A stretch of 48,601 nt of DNA from Macrostomum lignano (Eukaryota), in contig NIVC01004360.1 of assembly GCA_002269645.1 (NCBI GenBank), positions 1-48,601 of the forward strand. The letters are read 5' to 3'. The first letter of the stretch is position 1, and each line of letters starts with the position of its first letter. Below are positions 1-11,543 of this stretch, in pieces. Position numbers and translations under genes: made by a program. The notes beneath the pieces are model-generated. The model searched no databases and was not told the origin of the DNA. It saw nothing but the letters and a program-made list of their open reading frames with translations.

Positions 1-600
1 GCGTCGATTAGCTGCTGTGGGACTCGGTAGGCTCGAAGGACAAAGGAAAGCGCGGCTCTCAACACCGAGTCAAACGCCTTTCGAAAGTCAACGAAGACAA
101 TGATCAGCGTAGACTGGCGGATGCGCGCCTCCTCGATGACACGGCAGAGTGCGAGGATCTGTGTCACTGTACGCGCGTTGCGGCCGGAATCCGTTCTGAT
201 CGTGCCGCAGGTACGGGTCCAGCACGACTGCAGGCGATCGAGCAGCAGCCGGTTGAAGAGCTTCGCGGTGCAGGACATCAGCAAGATCCTGCGGTTGTCT
301 TCTTTCTGCGTTGTCCACTACCTTCTTTGGATCGGCACAATGTGTCCAACGGTTCACTTGGTGGGTGTAGGAGCGCCGGCAAGCACGCGGTTCATGATGC
401 CTGTGACCTGGGAGCCACACAGCGGAGCCGCAGCGCCTCGAACGGGACCTCGTCAGGGCCGAGCGCCTTGCCGCCTGGTGTTTTCCGAGCGTACAGCACA
501 ACGTCCTCCGTGGTGACTGGTCTGATGCAGAAGTCCTTCTCAGCTGGGAGCGGCTTGTCCAGTGGGAGCGCAAAGCTAGCAGGCAGCACAAAGGGTTGCC
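1..600 (-). mobile_element. Decayed non-LTR retrotransposon (RTE/LINE-like) reverse transcriptase fragment
   Basis: Manual minus-strand translation across frameshifts gives KALGPDEVP (KAPGPDG-like), IMNRVL..PTK*TVGHIVPI, LMSCTAKLFNRLLLDRL, QNGFRPQR and QILALCRVIEE...IIVFVDFRKAFDSV (RT motif). It has several frameshifts and a stop, and runs off the left edge. Confidence 0.9.
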
Positions 601-1686
601 TGCTTACAAGGGGTGTATTGAATACTTCGAACTTCTGTCAAAATTTTTGAATATGCTTTTTCTTGTTTAAGATGGCGCGCAACACAAAGTTAGCCCACAA
701 AGTTACTTCGTGTGCCTGCGTTGCTTCGTTCTGGTGCAGCAAAAAAAATTCTGGGAGAGTCGCCCCATGTTAGTTCGACGGGCGGAAAATGGATTGGTAA
801 GAGCGTAGCTATTCCTACTGATAAACAATAGCTAAAGATGTCTAAAATTTGCGCCTTACCTTATGATCGTAATGTACGAGCATAGGATGGTGCGTAAGAT
901 TTAAAGTTACGCTCGTAATATAGAATCATAATTTTCTGAACGAAAAGCTCTATGAATACCAAGTAGAGCTATAAGAAAGACAAGAAATATCAAAAGATGA
1001 ATATTGGGTCTGTCTCCTATCATAACAATAACATATTTTTCCGGTCCTTCTTTTTTCATAGTCCTTGAAATGTGTATCCAAGAGAAATTCTTGAACTTTT
1101 AGTCTTAATCTAATAATCTGAAAAGCTGTACTCGTAAGTACTGTCCACACACGGCCCTGTTGTACACCGACTTTTTCAACAATTTGTACGCTCGTACTCA
1201 GCGAGCGACGCAAAATAACTGATGTATGGAAAATAACAACTTTCGCGGTTGCGATAAAAATCAACTTTGCTCATTCTGTACAGATTGTTATACTCTATTT
1301 CGGTGCATCAAATACCTACTGCAAATACATGTAAATCATTGATGTAACTGTTTGTAAAGAAGACACTGACTTCAGGTTAAATCGCACCTACGAGTACTTT
1401 AGATCGTATTGTGTAAATCACAAGCAAATATATGTATTGACTTTTGTTGAGCTAGTTTGATAATGAAATTTAATGTTGTAAAAAGCGTTCGATAAACCTA
1501 TAAATGTCTTGTTAAACTTGTTAAATAATATAACTGGATAATTTCTACTTTTATTTTCTTATAATGCGACTCAATCAGCCTATTCAAGTGCAGCTTAAGC
1601 TAAATTAACGCATCGATAATTAAAATGTTAAACTTTTATCAATTCAATTGTGAGATAAAATTAATTAGCAGGTTGGTCGATGTTAC

Positions 1687-3758
1687 CTGCAAGACCAACA
1701 GCATTTGTCACGTGCTAAACCGCTGAGTTTGACCTTAGCCATACCGTCAGGACAAGCCTCGCTGCAGACAGAGTTCGGTGGTTCGCTGCCACCACTAGGC
1801 CACTGGATATCTTGCGCGCTTATGTCGAGTCCTGAGTTGGCACTCCACGCGCCCACCGGTGCGTACTCAAACAAGCCGTACTTGAGTTTGCTTGGTAGTT
1901 GTAAACTGTATAGGAACCCAAGGCGTCACCGCAGTTGTTGTATTCCACTGTCGCGCCAGCACTGTCTTTAAATTAAAGCGAGAGTGTTTCATTATTTGTA
2001 AAATTGTGGATTACAACTGCACAGCCGCACTCATTTGGGATTTCATTCACACCATGAGGGCCAACCACCGAGGCACAGAGAGCGTACATTCCTAATGATT
2101 AGGAAGTCGGGGCCTGCTGTTGTACACCCTATGTGAGCGTGTGCACGAGTGCGAGGTCAGTGGAATTAAAGAAATTGCCTTGCAGCTAGTTTGGGATGAT
2201 GTGCCCATAATAAATTCTTACAGCTCCTTCTTATTGCGAATGCCTATTTTACCTATTATATTTAATGAACACGTTAAAAAGCACTCACTGACAGATGAAT
2301 TATTTTTTGAGATAAGAATTCGGTACAGTTCGTCTCCAGGAAACTCCGTGATATTCCTCACGCAGTCGTCAAAGTCTACGCTGGCCTTAGAGTCATAGTC
2401 AGGATTTTGAGGAGTGAAAACCAGCTTCATCGCGTGGTCTAGAGCGCGTGCAAAAGTGTACACAGCATCGCTAACATACTGAACTTTCCATTGTTGTTGA
2501 AATTGACTCAAATCGAATCGCAGACTATCGGCACAGAATAATCGCACTCCGGCCCTGGTTTTAGCAGCGTTCTGGTCGAGGGAACAATTGAACTTCTGCT
2601 GCCAGAAGTCGTCAAAGTAACGGTTGAAAAAGGTCGCCTCAGAAATGGCGCCTTTCATATCGATAGTTCGAAGCTGGCGAGGTCGCAGGGACGTGAAGTA
2701 CTGATCGAATGTTGGATGCTTAGGAACGTTCAAATCAATTATGATGGAACCTCTGGCGATTGAATCGATTTGTTGCAAAGAGCTCATATCCCATGAGTCC
2801 AACGAAATCAGAACGAACTTGCCAGGGCGAAGACCAGCTTTACCAGCTGCACTGAGAAACAGTTTGATCTGTTCCATATCAAGGAAGAGTAGGACGACAC
2901 GGAATCTAGTCAGCGATTTCAGATGGTTAATGACGCGAGTTAGTTCGATAGATCGAGGCCGCCAGGACAGACGGACCCTTTCCGCAATGCAGATATTGCG
3001 TGTTTGGATGCTCTTCTCAAATGACCTTACCGCCATTTCCGAGTAGATGCTGTCTGTATAGATAACATCCACGTAGTTCCACTGCCCAAAATGAGCCACA
3101 ATGTCTGCCAGCACTTCGCCCTGCTCTGAGTCGGGTCGGGTGGAAGCGGCCGGGCAAACAGCGGAAATCTTCTTTTGTCGCTTAGAGTTGTGGATGATGA
3201 GGAATAGCTCATAACTGGAAGATTAAACAGCCCAAGCAGCTCCGTAACCTTCTGCGTAATTGCGCTGTACGTAGCACCAACAACGCCAAGCACTGCGCCT
3301 GCTGACATGGAGTTGAAAACAGATTTTATACGAACTGCTGGTGCAAAAGTCCCGTTTTCCTGAGGACAGAAATAATCCGTATTCTCTTCCTGTGATCCAT
3401 TGCTGTTTGCGCCTTCTTGACGACCAGGCAGAAATGTCAACGCTCGCCGAACAGCTCTCTTAGCGCTCGCGTCCGTGTCAAACAGCCGACCGCCAAGGAC
3501 GATCTTGTGCCGGCCGTACCTGAGCAGTCTGGGGTCGGAATTAATCTCCATCAAGCTATAAATCATCGCTTCCAAGCGCTGGATGCCTCGCTCGCTGTAG
3601 GCGGCACTGGGTAAATCTCTGTCGTGGGTGACAGCGAACAGGCCGCCCAGAATGAGGTCGCCGGGAATGCGCACTCCACCATCGCTGGAATATTCAACTG
3701 CTGCGGTTAAATTCAGCAGAGTGAGAAACACCGCAGTGTTAAGTTGCTGCCAAAGCAT
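1687..3758 (-). pseudogene. Metabotropic glutamate receptor-like class C GPCR, N-terminal part (Venus flytrap plus start of cysteine-rich domain); frameshifted as written
   Basis: Signal peptide, GDLILGGLFAV, GIQRLEAM, VVGATYS, SYSSSSTTLSDK, WNYV, SLDSW, KVQYVSDAVY, CSEAC, CCWSC. Exons 3758-2289 (donor GTGAGT) and 1965-1687 (donor GTAAC). Frameshifts at 3131-3140 (5-bp tandem duplication) and about 1880-1895. The 7TM exons were not found in the window. Pseudogene versus assembly error is unresolved. Confidence 0.85.
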
Positions 3759-4497
3759 TGCACAACTATCGAAATGTAAAACGCTGAAACACTGACTGTT
3801 TCACCACGTTCTACTTATATTTCCAAAGCAAGTCCAATAAGAAAACATTTCGACCATTGTTTACATTAGATTGCTTGGCTATATTGTATCTGCAGATGAA
3901 ATAATTTCATGCGATAAAAATTATTGCAGTGCTTTTATTCCGATAATCCCTGGATTTCCAAAATAATCTGCCAAGTTTATAGCTAACTTCGAAGTTATAT
4001 TTTCGTTATGATTATAGTTAAGTTTTCGAATGTGTATATCTTTTCATCCATCAGCTAGGGAAACAGGTGCGTGGCAAAGCAAACATATATAATTGCGAAC
4101 AGAAATAACCATGCATTTTCGCTAAAGCTTTGGCAAAGCTAATGGCAACTGATTCTGTATAGTCAATCTGTTGTGTGCATTTGCCTCGCTGTGACTTTTT
4201 AATGGACATTGTCTGTCTATACAATGGAGAGCAGAGCGTTTTTAAAAGCATGTTTTTGAGCAGTAAATGACAGTAAAAATGCCCTTAAGTCAAAACATCT
4301 CGAAGCTTCCTTTTATGTTTGTCAAACAACCATCTAAGGCTTCAAGAATAAAGACAAAAAAAGCAACGAAAAACTTCCATTCAAAGCAGTCAATCAGCAA
4401 TCAGCAGCATTTGTCTGTATTTAAGCTCTGCAATGCTTGATGCCGATCCCTTCAGTCGTCGGTTGAATCTGGTGTATCCGCTATCGAAGGTCAGACT

Positions 4498-5276
4498 ATG
4501 AAAGCTGAGTTAGTTTAGCGTCGTCAAAACAGCTTCGACCATAGCTCTGGTAGTGCTGCTTCTGCAAGTTGGCTTAACCAAGCAGCAACAACAGCAAGCT
4601 GCGTGTCCCGCACCGTTCAAAATCGAGTCCGGCAGGTGCATCTTTGTGAACAGTTCAGATGTCTTCGACTGGTGTGAGGCCAACCGGCAGTGCGCATCGA
4701 TCGGTGGCGAGCTCATCAACTCGTACGAAACGTTGAAGCTGCTCAGCAGCATGTTGAGCATGGCCAACTCCAGCCATTTGTGGCTCGGAGTGACCGACCT
4801 CGCGGACGAACGACTCACATCTCAGTCGGGTTTGGCAGACGATTAACGGTAATGAAAACCTGCCGCTGGATAGCGCCCTGTGGTTTAGCGGGATGCCGAA
4901 CAACAACGGGAATCAGGACTGCGTGTTGAAAGCAAGAGGTAACAGCTACAAGCTGATAGACAACCATTGCGTAGATAAAAAGAAAGGATTTGCCTGCGAG
5001 TTTGTGCATGTCACCACTGAATTGGATTCTTTCGTCAGCTGGGTACAGGTGCCCTTAAAACGCACAATGTACAATCACCAGTACTGCTACAGCGATTTTC
5101 ATCACATCACCGACGTGCTTGAGTGCTTCGCCTTCACTAAAACTGCCTCGAGTATAAGAAGCGTGCTATACAATAAAAATCTTCAAAAGTGCCGACCTCT
5201 GCAATTCACTGACGCCCAAGTTGAATGGGAAATCGAGAATAGCAACGATTGGTTAAAATTTGTTGTACTTCAGTGA
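4498..5276 (+). CDS. Secreted C-type lectin domain protein with C-terminal PAN/apple-like region (about 258 aa if two +1 T frameshifts are corrected)
   Basis: Hydrophobic leader (STIALVVLLLQVG), CP..F..GRCIF, WCEANRQCASIGGEL, WLGVTD, then after a frameshift GWQTING..LWFSGMPNNNGNQDCV..DNHC..GFACE. Reading frames join at the TTT runs 4514-4516 and 4831-4833. Confidence 0.8.
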
Positions 5277-6439
5277 TGTCAAAAGCTCCCTCTCATGTAA
5301 ATTGCAATGACGCTTAATAATAATAATAATAATTGACTATACTTACCAATTAATGGGTAGATGTGCAACTGACACGCCTATTATACTAAAAAATAAGTAG
5401 GCACTTCTGATGAGGAGCATCTATCAATTATATTGTTTCATTCTATCATTTACTAAGTTCTTTGCGATAGCCATTCGTCTAGCACATGCAGAACGGATCA
5501 AATACACTCTACATGTATGTACACTGAATTAAAAATTTCATATCTGAAAATTGACCTGTACATGTACACATACATGCATATTGAGAATGAAGGGTTCGGC
5601 TTCTCTTAGCTATATTGATCTTAATTTGGCTTTTCGGGCCTCAAAGCGCACACAAATCAATCACTTTTAATTCCCTGACTTTCCACACTTCTGTCACATG
5701 GTCAGCCTCAAGTTAAGGTACATGTAGCACCATGCGGATGTAGGCGAGCAGCTGCATAGCTTAAAGACAATTTTAAAAGTCGAAATCACCTGAGATTTAG
5801 CTCATCCACCGCCATGTACATACTGCACCCCTGGCTAGTACCCTCGACTCGCCAAAACAATCTCCTTCGAAATCGATCATAATTCAAGCTATAGGAAAAG
5901 GGCTATCTTTTAGGACTAAAATAAATCCTAGCTGCCGGCTGTATACAGTGTCTTTTAGCTGTCAATCTAGAAAGTCGAAGCTGATAAGGATGATGCTGGG
6001 ACGTATACTACATGGATATAGCATTTACGATGCGGGGGCACTGATCGAGGACGGACGTGTTAAAAGAAGATATGCAGCAAATGTACCATAACAATGTACC
6101 TATTAGGTACTGTAAATGTAAAATGTATTTTCCACATTCTACACATTTATTTAATGTAAAATGTAAATGTGAATGTTACATTGTAAATTTTATTTAGGTG
6201 TACACAGATGTCATGTACACAGATAACTGTATGGTCACTTTATGTGACCACACACCACCAAATATGAACACTTTTTCGATGCAAAGAATGCTCGAAATTG
6301 TGATTGCAAACTCAACCAGAATTTACAACGCCAACGCCTGGACGCCGACAGAAAAAAAAGTTGTCTAAGGGACTGTAAGACAAGCCTTTGTGGGGTAAGC
6401 CGTAAAAGTGCTCAGAATGCACGAAGGGAATTCTTGGTA

Positions 6440-6977
6440 TCGTTGAGCCTCAGCTGGTAGCTGTTGACTTGGCAAGAGACGTCTCTGGGGTCGCTCCTGA
6501 GGAGTTTCCAGTTTCCAGTTTCCAGCAGTTTCCTTGGCATCAGTAGCGACCCCAAGACGTCTCTTGAGAGTCAACAGCTACCAGAGGAGCAGTTTCCTTG
6601 GCGTCAGGAGCGACACCAAAGACGTCTCTTGAGAGTCAACAGCTACCAGAGGAGCAGTTTCCTTGGCGTCAGGAGCGACACCAAAGACGTCTCTTGAGAG
6701 TCAACAGCTACCAGAGGAGCAGTTTCCTTGGCGTCAGTTGCGACCCCAAAGACATCTCTTGAGAGTCAACAGCTACCAGAGGAGCAGTTTCCTTGGCGTC
6801 AGTAGCGACCCCAAAGACATCTCTTGAGAGTCAACAGCTACCAGAGGAGCAGTTTCCTTGGCGTCAGTAGCGACCCCAAAGACATCTCTTGAGAGTCAAC
6901 AGCTACCAGAGGAGCAGTTTCCTTGGCGTCAGTAGCGACACCAAAGACGTCTCTTGCTAAGTCAACAGCTACCAGAG
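6440..6977. repeat. 65-bp tandem satellite, about 7 copies; resumes at 8512-8575 after the LTR insertion
   Basis: Unit AGTTTCCTTGGCGTCAGTAGCGACCCCAAAGACATCTCTTGAGAGTCAACAGCTACCAGAGGAGC recurs at 6721, 6786, 6851. Confidence 0.95.
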
Positions 6978-8511
6978 TGTTTGTTTTCTTAGAAATGATT
7001 TCCAGTCCTTTAATTATTTTGAGTATCAGCTCTTTAGATCATCTCAACAGACATTTCTTTCATTATTCTTTCACAGACTCATCTCTTTCATTATATTTCG
7101 TGGCTCTTTTCGTACAGTACGAGCTATGCTCACGAACTAAATGTCCATAGACATTTGCAGCCATGAACGGCTTGTAAATAAAGTGCATTTGTTAACTAAA
7201 TAAAAGTTCATCACAATGCTAACACTCCTTCCCGTTAGTTTACAGTTAGGTAGGCACACCCACCTTGTGATAATTCAGTCGCACTGGTACTCGTCGATGG
7301 CGCTGACTTCTGCAAAGACCAGATCCTTGTTCAGCAGGTTCTTCCGTCTCCGTTTCCACCAGGTCATCAGAACCGGAGATCTTCGGTTTTGTTTGTTCAC
7401 GATGGTGGCGTCCGCGCCGCGCCTACCGTCCTCCAGCTCAACGTCGACCACAACATTTCCCTCCGTTGCGTCTACTTCACCAGACTTCCATTTAGTCATC
7501 TCGTTCTTACCCAGACTGGCTCACGTGCCAGAGAGAATGCTGGAGTGCGGAGCAGATATCCTCTCATCAGCTCAGCGGACGATTTCCCAGTTGTTGAGTG
7601 TTTTGAATTCCTGTATTGCAGTAGAAACCGGTCGACGCAGCTCTGAAGGTCGCCTTCCTCTGCAGCTCTGATGTGATTTTTAGGTCTCTCACAAAGCGCT
7701 CGGCCAATCTGTTTGACCTTGGATGATAAGGTGGTGTGAGAACATGTCGGCAGTTGATTCCTCTTAGCCAACCTTCCATTTCTTTCGATACGAATTGAGG
7801 TCCGTTGTCCGAAACAATAGTCACAGGCACGCCTTCTTGAGCGAACGTTCTTCGCAATCGCTTGATGGTCTCAGATGAAGAGGTTCCTTTAGTCACGTGA
7901 ACTTCAGCCCATTTGCTGAACGCATCAATTAGTACTAGCAGGTAGTTTCCTCCCTTCATAGGTCCTGCGTATTCCATGTGAACTCTCGACCAGCACTGGG
8001 TCTCGTCCGGCCAAGAAGTCCATTGTCGAGTTATTCCGTGATCCTTGTTCATCCGACATGAATTGCATCCTTTTGAGTACTTTTCGATGTCTCGATCTAC
8101 ATCGGGCCACCAAACACATTGTCTAGCTATAGATTTCATCTTCTCAGGTCCGATATGCCCTTCGTGCAGCAATCGCAGAGTTGCGGAACGCTCCAGCTTT
8201 GGAATAACCAGCCGAAAAACTTCTGTACAGTAATCCCATCCTCGTCGCCAGTGTTGGTTTTCTTAGAAATGATTTCCAGTCCTTTAATTATTTTGAGTAT
8301 CAGATTTTTACATGTAGCTCATCTCAACAGACATTTTTACTCTTTCATTATATTTCGTGGCTCTTTTCGTACAGTACGAGCTATGCTCGGCTCTTTTCCT
8401 ACAGTACGAGCTATGCTCACGAACTAAATATCCATTGACATTTGCAGCCATGAACGGCTTGTAAATAAAGTGCATTTGTTAGTTAAATAAAAGTTCATCA
8501 CAATGCTAACA
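6978..8511 (-). mobile_element. Internally deleted Ty3/gypsy LTR retrotransposon (LTR-PBS-integrase-PPT-LTR)
   Basis: Direct repeats 6978-7224 and 8252-8511 with TG...CA ends. 5-bp TSD CAGAG (6973-6977, 8512-8516). PBS 8232-8250, whose plus strand AATCCCATCCTCGTCGCCA matches the 3' end of tRNA-Ser(GCU). PPT GGGAAGGAG next to the 3' LTR. Integrase HEGHIG..WWP..C..C, VSDNGPQF, PYHPRSNRLAERFV. Confidence 0.95.
7240..8200 (-). pseudogene. Retroviral-type integrase, degenerate
   Basis: ORF 7567-8172 carries the HHCC and DDE core. The first catalytic Asp reads as Glu (RVHMEYAGP), and there is a frameshift near 7680. The C-terminal part continues in other frames (PVWVR, RRKNLL). Confidence 0.85.
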
Positions 8512-8699
8512 CAGAGGAGCAGTTTCCTTGGCGTTAGAAGCCACCAGAGGCATCTCTTACAAGTCAACAGCCAACTCATTCCTTCGTAATTCTTCACCAT
8601 CAGACCAGGATTAGTTTCATCAGCCCAAGCAGCTGCCATGCAATAAGTGAGTTTGTAGCTTTCTGAATTTTTTTAGTTGTAATTAGCTTAAATCGTTCA

Positions 8700-9350
8700 A
8701 TTCCTTCATGTTGCTCTTTGTACAAGTACTCCGAGGCGATGGACTGTTTTCCATGCCAATTGACCTATGGTTAAAACCAAAGTGTACCAAGCTAACACAA
8801 AGAGCCAATATTGGTATTTATAGCTTTCTGCAGTCCATTTGAGCCTACGCGCATTGAATTTAATCCAAGACACGTTTGCCAATGTAACGGTGCTTTCGTC
8901 TATGGTAGCAAGGCTGGCACAGTGGCATTTAATTTGGTCCAACAAGCATCAACTTGGTTCAAACGCTCCTGCCTTCGCAACCGTCTGTGGGTTGTTGCGT
9001 ACCGCTGGAATGTCAGCATCCTACCAACAAATTTTAGTCTCTTTTCCAGAGCTCTGCTGATGGTCGAAATCTGATAACCAACTGGAACTGTTCCTACAAA
9101 TTCTGCTGCATTTTTTTGCACCGTCAACAAAGGGTTCGTCTCAACTGCATCGAGTAGCCAGTTGGACTTGAGGCTCTCGAGCAACTTGCCTTGGCGATTG
9201 CCACCCTTTCGCAGGAAATCTCTGCCGGTAGAGTTTCAAAGCGGTGATGGATGCTGTAAACCATTTTTTTACATTCAGCAACCTTGCAATGTCATTTGGG
9301 TGTTCACCTCTATCGAGCTCTTCGAGCACAAGTCAATAGCATTCGTTTGA
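8700..9350 (-). mobile_element. Tc1/mariner-IS630-like transposase remnant
   Basis: HTH-like LDRGEHPNDIARLLNV, NPLLTV..ISTISRALEKRLKF, and TIDES (first Asp of the DDE triad, as in FSDES). Split by frameshifts. Confidence 0.55.
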
Positions 9351-9949
9351 CAGCCTAGCATATGGTCCACAATTCTGGGGCTGATCTTGCTCCACCACAG
9401 CTGTTGCAAATGAAGCTATGAATCAAATTACTGTTTTTTGGACCAAATTAAATGGTGCTGTACCATGGCTTGCTACCATAGACAAAAGCCCCGTTACATT
9501 GACTTAAATCTTGGATTAATTTCAATGCCCGTAAGCCCATTGCAAAAAGCTATATTAAATTGGTTGCTCCAACGCCCAGGCTTAATATTTGAATACCCCA
9601 TTGCCGTGAACAAGGCTTTAAGACTCGTTTCTCTGGCGGTGCCTCGACCGAAAGACGTTCTTTACAACTGCCAGGACAAATGATGAGTATTGAATCCGAC
9701 TGCCGTATCTTGCAATTGCGCTTCTGTACGAGCGCAGTGCGTTTTTATTTTTAGATGCAAACTTTGTACACGAGAGGTGAACAACCAAAAAATTCCTTCG
9801 TGGTAAGGGATTTCCAGGGGAGAAAAATAGTTTTTTGTACTAATAGGCCATTCAATTACACTTGGGAATCTGCAGACCAGAGAAACGTGGAACAAAAATA
9901 GAACCGGCACTAGCAGACAAGTAGAGGCAATTGTCAAGGGTAATAAGGC

Positions 9950-11543
9950 TCAGTCCATGTGCAGCTCGGTGAACAGAATCCGGTGCTGCTTCGGCTGGTG
10001 CACCGCGCCGTCCTCGCCGATGAAGATCTCGATGAGCCTCGAGCGTTCCTTTTCCGGCAGCTCCAGCTGGAAGTTCTGCACCAGGCTGGCCAGGAAGACC
10101 AGCATCTCCATGCGGGCGAGGCTCTCGCCCATGCAGCCCCGCTTGCCGGCGCCGAACACGAGGCCTTCCATGGATGGGCTGCGGCAGTAGCAGCCTTCGG
10201 CGTCCAGGAACCGCGCCGGCCGGAATGTCTCCGGCTCGGGGAAGAGCTCGGCATTGCGCGACACAGCGTAGGCGTTGGCGCCGACCACCGTGTCGGCCGG
10301 GATGCGGTAGCCGCCGATGCTGGTCTCGTGGACGGAGTGGCGCATGTTGATGGGCACCAGCATGCAGTAACGCAGCACCTCGTCCCAGAAGGCGCGGGTG
10401 TAGTGCAGGCCGGCCTGCTTCTCCAGGATGGCGTCGCCGAGGTGGAAGAGTTCGGCGCGGACTTTGTCCTGCACGTCCTGGTGCTTGGCCAGCAGCAGGG
10501 CGGCCCAGGTGAGCGCCACGGCCGTGGTGTCGGTGCCGGCCACGAAGAAGTCGGCCACAATGTCGCACAGATCGTCGTCAGTGAAGTAGTGCTCCGAGTC
10601 GGGGTCCTGGCGCGCCTGCTCGCGGAGGAATGCGGTGATGAAGTCCTCTGGCTGGTCGGCCTCGTTATTGTTGAAGTCAAGCTTCTCCTTGTGCCAGGCG
10701 ATCTCGCGCTTGCAGAAGGCCTTGATGAAGGCGTAACCCTCGGCGAAGCTGGCGGAGCCCGGCAAGGCCTTCATGACGTCCGGGTGGCCCTCCAGCCAGG
10801 GGAACATCATGGGGAAGAACACGAGAGTCAGGCTGATGTTGGTGACCATGCGGGCGTTGTCTAGCTGCCTGGCGAACTCCGGCTCGCTGTAGTCGAACCG
10901 CTTGCCGAACACCAGCTGGTTGATGACATTGGACACGGCGCAGGACATGGCGGCGCGCGTCTCCACCGGCTCCGAGCAGCGCGACCGGAGATCGTCCACC
11001 AGGTGAGTTGCCTCACGGAGGATGTTGTCCTGATTGGGGGGAGAGGGGAGTAACAGTGCTTGATTTTGAATGCCTGAATGATTGAATGGGCTGTACCTGA
11101 ACTCAACCATGATCAGCTGCGTCTCTCACCTGCATCTGAATCTTGCCGAAGCCCAGGTCTCGCAGGATGCGATGGCTGAAACGGCGGTGCACCTTCCAGC
11201 GCTCGTAGTCGGCCATGAATATTCCTTTGCGGGCGCCGAAGGTCTTGAGGAATGGCAGGTTGATGTGCTCCTGAAAGTCCTCGTGAGTGAGCACCTGGCG
11301 GAACATGGCCGGGTCGCCGACGATCACGAAGGTGGCCGAGCCGACGCCGAAGGAGTAGACCGGGCCGAACTGGCCGTGCAGCTCCAGGGTGCGGTGCATC
11401 GGCAGCTTGCCCGGGTTCGCCAGCGTCCACTTGGTGGCGGTCGGCAGGTCGCCCAGAATCGGCACTCCGGGCCCCGGGATCTTCTTCTTGAGCTTCTCCG
11501 GCTCGTTCGGCCGTCCGAAGATCGAATCCTTGATGAAGTTCAT
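9950..11543 (-). CDS. Cytochrome P450, clan 2 (CYP2/CYP18-like), 497 aa, two exons
   Basis: Exons 11543-11130 and 11029-9950 with a 100-nt GT-AG phase-0 intron. PGP hinge, WKVHRRF (WxxxR), FVAGTDTT (I-helix), EVLR (ExxR), PARF (PERF variant), FGAGKRGCMG (heme Cys). Confidence 0.96.

Noticed and set aside
950-1400. Possible continuation of the mGluR cysteine-rich domain or 7TM (AG|G TGC GAT... near 1385; ORF 950-1264)
   Set aside because: There is an immediate stop, the Cys spacing is unconvincing and no transmembrane segments follow.
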